Shown here one piece after another: positions 40,748 through 51,092 of a DNA stretch of 64,000 bases. Origin of the DNA: Candidatus Oxydemutatoraceae bacterium (GTDB taxonomy: Bacteria > Pseudomonadota > Gammaproteobacteria > Poriferisulfidales > Oxydemutatoraceae). The stretch is from positions 2,028,769 to 2,092,768 of the forward strand of contig OZ244779.1 in the NCBI GenBank assembly GCA_965219575.1, read 5' to 3'. A program made the position numbers and the translations under genes. Numbering within the stretch: the stretch's first letter is position 1; every line of letters begins with the position of its first letter. The notes under the pieces are model-generated. The model ran no database searches, was not told the origin of the DNA, and saw only the letters and a program-made list of their open reading frames with translations.

Positions 40748-42136
40748 ATGAAACTTAAGAGTAACAAACTGTTAATTTCTCTCGTCGGTCTTGTGATGGC
40801 AGTAGTACCTTTTACTAATGCTTCCGCTGCGGGTCATGGCGAGACTTTTAACATATATGGTTGGCAAAACTGGTCGTATGAGTTCGTTGACAACGATACT
40901 CGCGATTATGACCGCTTGAGCAATAATGCTGCGAATATCGGATTCATGGCGCATATGGATACTGGTATTGAAGGCTTGCAAGTCGGTTTTCGTTGCGAAC
41001 AATTTACCTATTGGGGGCGCTTTAACGAATTCACCAACTGGTGTAACCGTAACTCCAAACTCAGCCTTCGCCATGAAACGATGGGTGAGATTATGGTCGG
41101 TCAATGGTTGCTTCCGTATAACGAGATCGTTGCCCAGTGGGTAGATCCCTTCTACGATGCCGGTGCCGATTCGCACACCAGCATTATGGGTAATATCGGT
41201 GGTAGCACACCGCGTTCCGGTGGTTGGCTGAGTTCATTGTTCTACAACGGTAGCTTTGACAATGCAGCTGATTTTACTTCAGCTTTTGGCACCTTAGCGT
41301 TTAACCGTCGTCAAGAAGGTATAGTCCAATATGTATGGCCTAATACTACGGCGATGGCAAGTCAAACTCGAGACGGTTTCCAGTTCCGCTTTGCAATCAC
41401 CTCCGGAGACGGGATTGAAGCTGCCGGTGTTGATACTCGGCGGACCCTCACTGGTAGAGAGATTGATCCCCGTATTATGTCCACCGGTGTTGCTTATCAA
41501 CACAATATGGGTAACAACCAAATTTGGGTTGCTGCCGCTTACGAGCAACACGAAGATGTCAGTGCGGCCAATCTTGGTGCTGGTACTGGCAGTAATGATA
41601 TCTATTGTGATGACTCGGACGACGAAGGCTATCGCCTAGCCGGTCGCTATAAATACGATTGGGGTAACGGTCAATCCACTTGGATCGCAGCGATGTATGA
41701 AGAACTGGAGTACGACGCAAGTTGCGACATGGTAACAATGCGTGATGCCGATGAAAATCCTACTGCAATTGGTAATTTTAATAATACTAATGCTCCCATT
41801 TGGTCCGGTGTTGAACGCGACGCATTTATGATTTCCGGCAAGCATGCCTTCGGCAACGGCATAGACTTCCGCTTCTCGTACATGGATGCAGACGAGTGGG
41901 ATTGTGATTCAGATGTTTGTACGGCAGCAGCCGAGCGAGACACCGATGCAGACGCAATGAATTTCGGTGTGTTCTACACGTTGCCGGCAGGTACCGAGCT
42001 GCGTGCCACCTATTCCGAGGTCAGCAACGAAGACAATGCTGGTTATGACTTCGGCATAAATGGTACCGTTCCTGCCACTACAGGCGGCCAAGACATAGAA
42101 ATGTTCGCCGTCGGTATAGTCCACTACTTCGACTAA
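40748..42136 (+). CDS. Porin paralog C (expression locus in this assembly)
   Basis: Complete signal peptide MKLKSNKLLISLVGLVMAVVPFTNASA, with RBS and promoter. Ends AVGIVHYFD. Confidence 0.92.
   Translation: MKLKSNKLLISLVGLVMAVVPFTNASAAGHGETFNIYGWQNWSYEFVDNDTRDYDRLSNNAANIGFMAHMDTGIEGLQVGFRCEQFTYWGRFNEFTNWCNRNSKLSLRHETMGEIMVGQWLLPYNEIVAQWVDPFYDAGADSHTSIMGNIGGSTPRSGGWLSSLFYNGSFDNAADFTSAFGTLAFNRRQEGIVQYVWPNTTAMASQTRDGFQFRFAITSGDGIEAAGVDTRRTLTGREIDPRIMSTGVAYQHNMGNNQIWVAAAYEQHEDVSAANLGAGTGSNDIYCDDSDDEGYRLAGRYKYDWGNGQSTWIAAMYEELEYDASCDMVTMRDADENPTAIGNFNNTNAPIWSGVERDAFMISGKHAFGNGIDFRFSYMDADEWDCDSDVCTAAAERDTDADAMNFGVFYTLPAGTELRATYSEVSNEDNAGYDFGINGTVPATTGGQDIEMFAVGIVHYFD
40754..40770 (+). other. Putative recombination site 3 (codons 3-8 of the expressed porin)
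   Basis: ATG AAA followed by CTTAAGAGTAACAAACT. Confidence 0.75.
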
Positions 42137-42201
42137 AATACCGTAAAAAGATTTCACGGATGAAATTTGATTGGATGACCCAGTGCTAGGGATAGCACGA
42201 G

Positions 42202-42229
42202 ACCGCCGCTTCCGGGCGGCGGTTTTTTT
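42202..42229 (+). terminator. Rho-independent terminator of porin C
   Basis: ACCGCCGC..GCGGCGGT hairpin followed by a T-tract. Confidence 0.88.
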
Positions 42230-42459
42230 ATCTAGTGCATTAATAGCGGGGCTTTTGAAAAATTATTTCATAAAGTTGTAGGGACGGACTTCATTAAACT
42301 ACCGATTGACCTACCGGCTCAATCGTCGGCTTTATTCTGCCCTTACGGCTTGGTGGTTATTATAAATTCACTGCGCAAGCGGTTGCAGTTGTGCAAAAAC
42401 AGTAGGTACTTGGGGTTGTTGAAAAAGTATTTCATACAATGTAGGGACGGACTTGCATG

Positions 42460-43784
42460 ATGCCTTATTAAAAATCAAGTCGTTTTATTCATTTTTTATC
42501 TCCTTTTGCAAGTATTGATTTAGGACACAGATGCTCAACAATAATTCGTGTCAAACGGTTGCTTGTGCGTGGTGACCCCGTAAATAATACGCGTGAGCTT
42601 ATGCGCGCAAGCAACAATAATCTGCTTTTTAGTTAACTCCGGACGGCGGCGACTTAATTGGTCGGCAAATGCACGGATGGTTGGGTTATGAACCCGTGCC
42701 GAGAGTGCTGCCATAAATAGCAGGGTGCGCAGGTCGGCATTGCCCTGTTTAGAGATGGGCGTGGGCGATGCGCAGTTGCCGGATTGCTTGTGCTTGGGCG
42801 TAATGCCGATATAGGCGGCGAGTTGCTTTGGATGGCGAAACGTATTATCATCCAGTACTGCACACAGGGCAGCCGCAGTTTGAGTTCCGATTCCAGGAAT
42901 GGAACACAGCAACTGGTGAAGCTGTGTGAGGTGCTCGTCTTGAGCGATAATTTTGTCCATTGAGACATTAATCTTATCGATCTGCTTGTCATGGTTCTTC
43001 AGGCTAGTGGCTGCCACCTTTTTTTGCTTCGCATCGCGCAGAGTTTTAGCGCAATTGCTTAACATCGTATGACACTTGACTAATTCCCTACGCCATTTCA
43101 GTGCGTCGCGCAAGGCTTGCACAGCCGATGAGGGCTTTTGCCAATCGTTTTCAGGCGGGATAGCAAATACGAAGCGTGCGATGATACGCGCATCCACTCG
43201 ATCGGTTTTACTGCGTATGCCGAGCGAGTCGCGGAATCTAGAGATCAGCACCGGTGCTGCAACGGTGATTGGATGCCCGGTATCATAGCCGGCCATGCAC
43301 AGGTCTAGTTCAAGACCGCCGGTCGCCTCAACACAGATGCGACACTGCTGTGCGCGGTGTTTGGTAGCCCAAGCTAACAACTGCTTAATGCCTTGGGCAT
43401 CACTACTAAATTGTTGTTCGGCAAAACTATTATCGGTGAATAGTATAGCCGCCTCTAAAGTGTCTTTAGAGACATCAACGCCAATCGTGACGGGTTGTTT
43501 GTTTTCCATAATAAATTACTCCATAAGGGTTGGTTAATGAATGAAATACTAGGTATCAAGCACAGTTTAGGAAAGTATGACTACGCCGCCCAAACAGATG
43601 AATACGAGATCTAAAGTCCCAAGCTGCCTTTCGAGCTCTATAGTCATAACGCCGGAGGAGTGCTTCTCATGCAAACAGGCTTTTAATGCCTCGTCCGTCC
43701 TACAGCGTGTCTCCTCCGACTTCCTAGGCACTGCATCTACCTAAGCGTTTATCTTATATCAAATAAGCCAGGGTTTAATATATC
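42460..43784 (-). mobile_element. IS110-family element (transposase 42535-43509) inserted in a REP palindrome
   Basis: GVDVSK, EATG, KTDRVDA, SIPGIG and QSG motifs. The flanks rejoin to GGACTTGCATGTCCGCCC with a TG/CA core. Confidence 0.92.
43575..43722 (-). ncRNA. Putative IS110 bridge RNA (target- and donor-binding loops)
   Basis: Two stem-closed internal loops whose guide segments match the REP target and the circle junction (see findings). Transcript ends are approximate. Confidence 0.75.
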
Positions 43785-44025
43785 TGTCCGCCCGTAGCGC
43801 GTTGGGCGGCACGATTTATACATTCATTCACCCGATTTATGGAAACCAAAACCATCCGGCGAAAGCGGTTGCGTTCATACAGAACGGCACTTTTTCAATA
43901 GCCCCGTGTATCTGCACAACATCTTACCGTTTATCTAATATCTGCTACCGTTCATCGAAATGTTTCCCCACACCCTAAATATTGGCTCACTCTATGAGTT
44001 TTAACCAAAACTTATAGGAGGTTTC

Positions 44026-46185
44026 ATGAACAAAGAACAGAAAAAATATTTACCACTGACCAAAGACCGCGTCTTCAAACGATATTTCTCAACTAATAAA
44101 CAGGTACTGCTCTCGCTGATCAAGAGCTTTCTGCCGATCTCCGATAGTGCCTCGGATATGGTGATACTGAACCCCGACAAAGACAACACAGAGTCCGAGT
44201 CTGCAATGCAACCACAGAGTCAATCGGACGATCAGTTGCATCTGGAAGATAGTGTCATCCCACCGAACACGCCGGACGGCAAGCAAGTCGTACTAGACCT
44301 CAATGTCAAATTGAATAGTGGCGAGAATGTTAGCATAGAAATGCAGGTCTATCGTGAGAAACACTTTCTGGGTAGAATGTTGCTCTATTGGGCACAGTTG
44401 CATATGCATGTCGTAAATCGTGGACAAAAGTATAGCAAGATTAGTCCGACCTACTTGCTGGCATTCACCGATTTCACGGTATTTGGCGACACGGACGAAC
44501 ATATAGATCAACTAGAAATCAAATCGATTAAGCATCTGAATAAGAAACTCAAGATGGATTTAACGATAATGATAGTGGAACTAAACAAATTTAATAAGAG
44601 CCACTTAGAGCTAGTTGATATGGCCGATAGGTGGTGCTATATTATGAAACACGCAAAGGACTTGACACCCGAGCAGGTAGCGCATTTATCACAAGACGGA
44701 GAGATAAAGATGGCATTAGAGCATTTAGAGAAGGTATCGGAAGAGGAGATAGAACTGTGGGATTCTATAGCCCACGACAGATACAAGCTGGAATACAACT
44801 TGGAAAGGGAAGGACTGATAGAGGAAGGCATTGAACTGACGTTACCCCATTTTTATTACCATATACAAAGTTAGTTTTCATGCTATAGCCTCCGCAAATA
44901 CACTTGGGGGTTGATAACCCAATGCGCTGTGCGGACGCACTTCATTATAATCTATTCGCCAGGCTTCTATAATCTCTCTCGCCTCTTTTATTGAACGAAA
45001 CCAGAACTGGTTCAGACAACCGTCTCGGAACTTGCCGTTGAAACTTTCTACAAAGGCATTCTGGGTCGGTTTGCCGGGTTGGATAAAGTCCAATTCCACC
45101 TGCTGATCTCGGCTCCAGTGAAACATCGCCTTGCATCTAAACTCGGTGCCATTGTCGCAGACGATGCGTGCCGGCTTCACACCGAGCCATTCTATCAATT
45201 CGGATAGATAGTTTGCTACGCGTTGACCGGTGATCGAAACATCAACAATCTGTCCGACACATTCACGGCTGAAGTTATCTACTATGTTCAATACCCGAAA
45301 GCATCTGCCGTCGCTAAACTGGTCATGCACAAAGTCCATTGACCAGCACTCATTCACCGTTGCCGGTGTTTTCGGCACGCCACGCGGATGACACAGCTTC
45401 TTGCGCTTCTTGGTTCTCAATTCGAGCCTGAGCTTCTTATAAAGCCTATAGGTACGCTTCACATTGACGACCCGGCCTTCGCTCTTCAAAAGCGCATGCA
45501 ACATCTTATAGCCATAATGTGGATATTGCTTTGCCTTCTCCAATAACGCAACTTCCAGTTGACGATCTTTATCGGCTTGGTTGCCCTGATAGCGATATGC
45601 AGTGCGACTAATACTGGCAAGGGCACACGCAGTGCGTTCACTATGCCGACCCGCGCTCACTAGATCTTTGACAATCTGCTTGCGTTGCGCCGGCTTTACC
45701 ACTTTTTTGATAATACCTCCTTAAGTGTTTCACACTGCATCACCGATTCAGCCAATAGCTTCTTGAGCTTGCTATTATCGGCTTCAAGCTCTCGCAGGCG
45801 TTTAGCTTCTGCCACTTCCATGCCATTATACTTGCTGCGCCAGCGATAAAATGTCTGTTCGGCGATGCCTAGATCACGACAGATATCGATTACTTTCATG
45901 CCGGCTTGATTTGACTTTAATGCCTTAATGATTTGTTCTTCACTAAAACGTTTTCTCTTCATGTTAAGTTCTCCTGTAATGTTTTTAACTTCTCTAGTTT
46001 ATCGGAAAAACTAACTTTAAGCATTAGTACTAAATTTTGGGAGAACGTCAGAACAAGGCATTGAACAGGGTGAGGTTAAAAAAGCCCGAAATATCGCCTT
46101 GAATATGTTGCAGAAGGGTCTGGAGGTTTCGTTGGTTTCCGAAGTGACGGGTTTATCCGCTGAGGAGATTAAACGGCTCGGATAA
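44026..46185 (+). pseudogene. Rpn family nuclease copy 2, interrupted by IS3
   Basis: Near-identical to 18945-19910. The C-terminus resumes after 46050. Confidence 0.9.
44837..46050 (-). mobile_element. IS3-family element copy 2
   Basis: 1214 bp, same ends as copy 1, 4-bp TSD GAAC; orfA 45696-45962 and orfB 44878-45702. Confidence 0.95.
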
Positions 46186-47113
46186 CACTGCGACTTTGTG
46201 GTTATCATAACTATGTGGCGCAAAGCGATTGAATTCGTGCGCAACGGTACTTTTTCAACAGCCCCACTTGACTAGTTTAGGGACAAAATCCCACTCAAAT
46301 ATCCCTTACCATCTTCATTAGCATATCATACTTTTGGGAGGCTGAAAGGTGTCTGTGATTGAATCGCCACTCGCATTCTTTTAGATGAAGGTGGAAATGT
46401 TCTCTAGACACTCCGCAGAACTTTGTTAATCTCCTTTTTGCCCATCCCCAGAAGTTTTCAATGCCATTGATATGTCTAGTACCACTACCCAGTGTCTTTG
46501 AATGATTGATGCGGTAGTATTTGTATCCATTCAACACCAACCCGTCATAAGCTCTCCATTTGTCAGTGTATATAGTACTCTGATGTCCCACCAAACGCTT
46601 GATAATAGGTCGTATCTCGCTCTTTGAAGCATTTCGTATCACCTGCATATAGACCTTCCCATCTCTTTTCAATATGCCGAATACCGGTACTTTGTTCGGT
46701 GCACCTCTACCTCTTTTGTCTCCTTTTTTGCGACCACCGAAGTAGGACTCATCCAACTCTACTTCGCCGGAGAATACGCTCGTCTTCTCGCAGTGTTGTG
46801 CAATTCTTTCTCGGATTATATTGACATATCTATTCACTGTATTTCTATTGACCCCGGCTGCTTGTGCGATTTGGGTTGCACTCAAATCAAGGGCAAAATA
46901 CCTCACAATTTGCCTTATTTTCCTGTTTGAAATATGTGCCCTTCTAAAATGCCTGTTAGGTGTTGTCATTGCTAGTTATTTTATCAAATCGTACCCCCTA
47001 AACTAGTCAAGTACCAAACAGTATTTTTCAACAGCCCTATAGCGCACGCATCGCAAAATGCAGAATCGAGGTTTCGGAAAAGTATTCCATACCAACCCTT
47101 AAGCACATATTCG

Positions 47114-47938
47114 CTAGCGTGTTCCCAACCGCCAGAAAGCGAGGACGATGCGCCACACCGGATGATAATCATTTCCTAAATAGATGCCGAGCAAATCGTA
47201 AGGCGAAGCACCGTCTATATGTAATTTGCGTAGATCTCTTAAATCAAAAAATCGTTTAAGAAAAGTGCTTTTCCCCGATCTGGATAAAGTGCCCCTATCG
47301 TAATCTATAAAATAAACTTTTGCTTGTGACAAGTCTGTATTCGGAATGGATATCAATATATTATGTGCAGCCATATCACCGTGTCTGATACCCGAGTCAT
47401 GGAGGCACTTAACGGCATCTATAATCTTTGCCTTCAACAAATCCCTTTGCCGTTGCCACTTATCCTCACCCTCTTTTCTCAATTTCTCGGAAATTTCAAG
47501 AAACGACACACTATCATCAATGTAGCGATATAAAAAATAACTTTTAGCTTGAGTGAAGGATTCGCGTTTGCGCCAATAAGCCAATGGTTTAGGGGCGGCT
47601 AGTCCTTGTTGATAAGCGTGTCGGCAACATTGGAACGCTCTGTAGTTGGCATCCCGTCGGCGATAGTATCTCAGTAATGCTCGTAGGCGGCGTATCCAGC
47701 TGTATTGTTTGTGTACATGCGTCACTTTCATAACGACTCGATAATCTACTGCCGGTGGTATAAATTCATACAGACGGTTATGCGGGCGATTTCTAGAACC
47801 GGACAATATATACCCGGGTGTTTCGTATTGCTCGAAACAGCCGTCGGCAATCCATTTCTCTAATACCTTTAATTGCGACGGCAAAACATTAGATGACGCT
47901 ATCAAGTGGTTCTTTGATGTCTTATTGTTGTATGGCAT
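47114..47938 (-). CDS. LPS kinase-like protein (Kdo/WaaP/InaA family)
   Basis: VMK, LHDSGIRHGDMAAHNILI and FIDYD kinase motifs. Confidence 0.8.
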   Translation of the reverse strand: MPYNNKTSKNHLIASSNVLPSQLKVLEKWIADGCFEQYETPGYILSGSRNRPHNRLYEFIPPAVDYRVVMKVTHVHKQYSWIRRLRALLRYYRRRDANYRAFQCCRHAYQQGLAAPKPLAYWRKRESFTQAKSYFLYRYIDDSVSFLEISEKLRKEGEDKWQRQRDLLKAKIIDAVKCLHDSGIRHGDMAAHNILISIPNTDLSQAKVYFIDYDRGTLSRSGKSTFLKRFFDLRDLRKLHIDGASPYDLLGIYLGNDYHPVWRIVLAFWRLGTR

Positions 47939-48011
47939 ATCGTACGCACCAAGATAATGTGTAACTCGGCATTAGCTCATTGTATAATAAAACAAAGAAA
48001 AAAGGCCCTCT

Positions 48012-48950
48012 ATGCATCTATACGTTTATAAAAGCAAATTCAGTGCAATCTTTCGAAAAGCCGTCCGAGCGTTGTTCCGCTTATATATCGGCATATCGAA
48101 TAAACAGCATATCGTTGCAAGCATAGAACGCCCGTCGCTGGCAAATTATCTCTACGGAATAATCGGAACAGCCTGGTTATGCGAAAAAATGAACATCACC
48201 GTTGAATTCGTGTTTCCTAAAGAGAAGCCATCATTTTTTGCAAACTCCATTTTGTATCAAAGCGATCCGAATAAGACACACCCTAATAAAAGTTTTTCGC
48301 TAAATAGTTCCGACGATTATCTAGCGAGTATCGCACGAAAAGCCGCTAGAAAAGATCTGCCTGCCGAATACGGATACAGAATTATTTCCCGACTATCCGT
48401 CAGCCGAGATATACAAAGCCAAGCCGATATGTGGTTCAACACGCACATTAAAGGCGACTGGGTTGCAGTGCACTACCGCGGCACCGACACCCATACACAT
48501 CCTAGATCCGCAAAAAGAAAAATGTCCATAAATATATATATTGCCTGGTTAAAAGAAGTTTTGGATAATCAATGCGGTATTTTCGTTTGCTCGGATCAAG
48601 CGCAATTTATCGACGAGATGCAACGAGAATTTCCCAATCGTGCTTGTTTTAGAGAAATCGAACGTTCCGCCGACGAAAAACCGATACATCGGTCGGATAA
48701 TAACCAATATAGCGATAAAGATCTATATCGGCAAAAGCGCAATGCCTTGATAGATGCTCTGATATTAGCCAAAGCCGGGCTTATTTATACTACAGGGTCG
48801 GGGTTTATAGATGTGGTAAAAAATTTTAACCCCAAAATAAAAATAGTCTCCTTGGACCGAAGAGGCGAAAGGCGAATTACCTCAAATTATCTTGCTATAC
48901 CCGAAGAATCGTTATTGCGGTCTTTGCAAGAAAATCACCGCCTGTCTTAA
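48012..48950 (+). CDS. NodZ/fucosyltransferase-like glycosyltransferase
   Basis: VAVHYRGTD GDP-sugar motif, IFVCSD, and ALIDALILAK..TTGSGF. Confidence 0.7.
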   Translation: MHLYVYKSKFSAIFRKAVRALFRLYIGISNKQHIVASIERPSLANYLYGIIGTAWLCEKMNITVEFVFPKEKPSFFANSILYQSDPNKTHPNKSFSLNSSDDYLASIARKAARKDLPAEYGYRIISRLSVSRDIQSQADMWFNTHIKGDWVAVHYRGTDTHTHPRSAKRKMSINIYIAWLKEVLDNQCGIFVCSDQAQFIDEMQREFPNRACFREIERSADEKPIHRSDNNQYSDKDLYRQKRNALIDALILAKAGLIYTTGSGFIDVVKNFNPKIKIVSLDRRGERRITSNYLAIPEESLLRSLQENHRLS

Positions 48951-48960
48951 AATAGGTGCA

Positions 48961-49965
48961 ATGAAATTTTCAAGCAACCGTGAAAAAAGTGCCCTATCCA
49001 AGCGTATATACATATTCAGAAGAAAATTCAGCATCGTCTACCGCAACATCGTTAGACTATTTTTTCATATTTATCTCGGCATTTCCGCCAAACATTGCAT
49101 CGTTGCAAGCATAAGGAATCCAACCCTTGCTAACTATCTTTACAGCATCATAGGCATCGCATGGATATGCGAGAAGAAAAACTTAAACCTTAAGTTTGTA
49201 TTTCCGGACGAACTCAAGCCGCTTTTTGAAAATATCCACATAAACAAAAGCTCTCCTTACAAAACCGATTCTAATCAAAAGACATTTTGTATAGACAGCA
49301 TAAATAGCTATTTAGCAAGTACCGGAAGAAGGGCTGCAAGGAAGGATATTTCTGCCGAGTACGGACACGGTGTCATCTCGCAACTATCCATTAGACAAGA
49401 TATACAACATCAAGCGGATGAATGGCTTAACACGCATATTAAAGGAGACTGGGTTGCGGTGCATTACCGAGGCACCGATATGTACACCCATCCTAGATTT
49501 GCCGAACGACTAATGGCAATGGATTCATATATCACCTATCTAAGAGCGATTTTAGACGACCGATGCGGTATTTTTGTGTGTTCGGATCAAGCGCAGTTCA
49601 TAGACAAAGTGCAACTCATATTTCCGAATAGGGTATATTCTAGGGAGATCAGAAGATCCACCGATACCAGAGCTCTGCATCTGCGACATGATAACCACTA
49701 TAGCGACGAAGAAGCATACCACCAAAAATGCGATGCCTTAATAGATGTTTTGATTGCATCTAAAGCTCGGCTCATCTATACAACGGGTTCCCAGTTTATA
49801 GACATCTGCAGATACCTCAATCCGAACATCGGAATTATCTCGTTAAATAGAAATTGGGAGAGAAGGAGTGCTCCGAATTATCTGCCTATTCCACAACGAG
49901 CGTTATTAGAAACGCTAAGAACTAGACAGAGTGATAATTTTCACCAACATCTAAATCGTGATTAA
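48961..49965 (+). CDS. NodZ/fucosyltransferase-like glycosyltransferase (tandem paralog)
   Basis: Same motifs as the upstream gene. ATG 48961 is the preferred start. Confidence 0.7.
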   Translation: MKFSSNREKSALSKRIYIFRRKFSIVYRNIVRLFFHIYLGISAKHCIVASIRNPTLANYLYSIIGIAWICEKKNLNLKFVFPDELKPLFENIHINKSSPYKTDSNQKTFCIDSINSYLASTGRRAARKDISAEYGHGVISQLSIRQDIQHQADEWLNTHIKGDWVAVHYRGTDMYTHPRFAERLMAMDSYITYLRAILDDRCGIFVCSDQAQFIDKVQLIFPNRVYSREIRRSTDTRALHLRHDNHYSDEEAYHQKCDALIDVLIASKARLIYTTGSQFIDICRYLNPNIGIISLNRNWERRSAPNYLPIPQRALLETLRTRQSDNFHQHLNRD

Positions 49966-50000
49966 AAGATAGGTTCTATAGAGTCCTATGTCATACCGAA

Positions 50001-51050
50001 CTAAACATATAAGACTTTATATTTTTGTTGGAGAGAATGTTTTTGATAGTCGTAACAACCTACCACACAAGGAGGAGATACGATGCGCAGATTTGCTAGA
50101 CGATTCCCGTGCAAATGCCAAGGAATGCTATCTATTGCTAAGAGACTGCGACTTATAGCCGCCGACTTCCATTCTTTTATTGCTCTTCGGTTTACCAAGT
50201 AAGCCATCCCCGAAGTAGGTCTTTCGGCAGGCTCGGCGATGCAATGATGTGCGTTTATAACTTGACAGCTCGTTTTAGCAGGCAATCCACCCAGTCGACG
50301 CGCTGTATATCCTATCAAATCTTTATACGATTTAAGTGCCTCGGATGTCATTGAAAAGAGCAGCCATACTAGACTTTGTTCGCGGTTGTGCAATTTGACC
50401 ATATTTTTGTATTCATTTATAAAATTCTCTAGTATTTCCATTACGGCTTTTGATTGCTCGGAATATAAAGAAGGCGAGATGCCCAGTAATTCATTTATAT
50501 GTTCGTGCATATATGATTTTTTTCTAGTACGATATTTTATTAATAATACATAATTGTAGGATTTTATAATCCGCCTGTAGATATTGTTGAATCTCTCCAG
50601 TGCTTTGCGAATAGTACTAGAATGGCTGGAAAGCATCAGTATATCCCACTCCAGTATGGATACGGTTTTAAGAACTTCGGAAAAAGTCGGCAACACTATG
50701 GCATCATCTTCCAATACACACGCGACATCGTCGTTATTTTCAAGTATCAAATTGTAAGTTTTAACATGGCTCAGTAAACAGGCAAGGTGACCTAACCTGT
50801 TAAGATTTTGTTCTTTATTCGCTTTGGACACACCGGCAAATTTAGAATACTTGTATTCTAGGTCGGCTTCGTCGATGCCTAAGATGCGGCTAATATCGCT
50901 ACGATATCGAGGTTCTTTCAGATCGAACTTATCAATCGCGTCTACAAACCGATACCTTAAACCAAACGAATCTAATTGTCTTTGTATATGTAGTCTACGC
51001 TCGGGGGTACGTTTTAGATTAATAACATAGATAGGAGGAAGGGTTGCCAT
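50001..51050 (-). CDS. Glycosyltransferase family 25
   Basis: IYVINLKRTPERR, CLLSH and VLEDD motifs. Confidence 0.9.
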   Translation of the reverse strand: MATLPPIYVINLKRTPERRLHIQRQLDSFGLRYRFVDAIDKFDLKEPRYRSDISRILGIDEADLEYKYSKFAGVSKANKEQNLNRLGHLACLLSHVKTYNLILENNDDVACVLEDDAIVLPTFSEVLKTVSILEWDILMLSSHSSTIRKALERFNNIYRRIIKSYNYVLLIKYRTRKKSYMHEHINELLGISPSLYSEQSKAVMEILENFINEYKNMVKLHNREQSLVWLLFSMTSEALKSYKDLIGYTARRLGGLPAKTSCQVINAHHCIAEPAERPTSGMAYLVNRRAIKEWKSAAISRSLLAIDSIPWHLHGNRLANLRIVSPPCVVGCYDYQKHSLQQKYKVLYV

Positions 51051-51092
51051 TATGATTATTCGAACTAAGAATTTACTTCATACTATACATTA

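Larger units (their letters stand above)
42412..46265. mobile_element. MITE-ended composite element carrying an Rpn gene
   Basis: GGGGTTGTTGAAAAA...TTTTTCAACAGCCCC with 4-bp TSD ACTT. A homologous cassette lies inverted at 18865-20278. Confidence 0.8.
42405..47015 (-). mobile_element. IS1595 copy 2 (transposase 46295-46969) with one IR interrupted
   Basis: 8-bp TSD AAACAGTA (42397-42404 and 47016-47023). The IR is split as GGTACTT (42405-42411) and ACTTGACTAGTTTAGGGA (from 46266). Confidence 0.9.
42248..47038. mobile_element. Outer MITE split by nested insertions
   Basis: Left IR GGGGCTTTTGAAAAA at 42248, right IR TTTTTCAACAGCCCT ending 47038, with ATAGC on both flanks. Confidence 0.7.
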
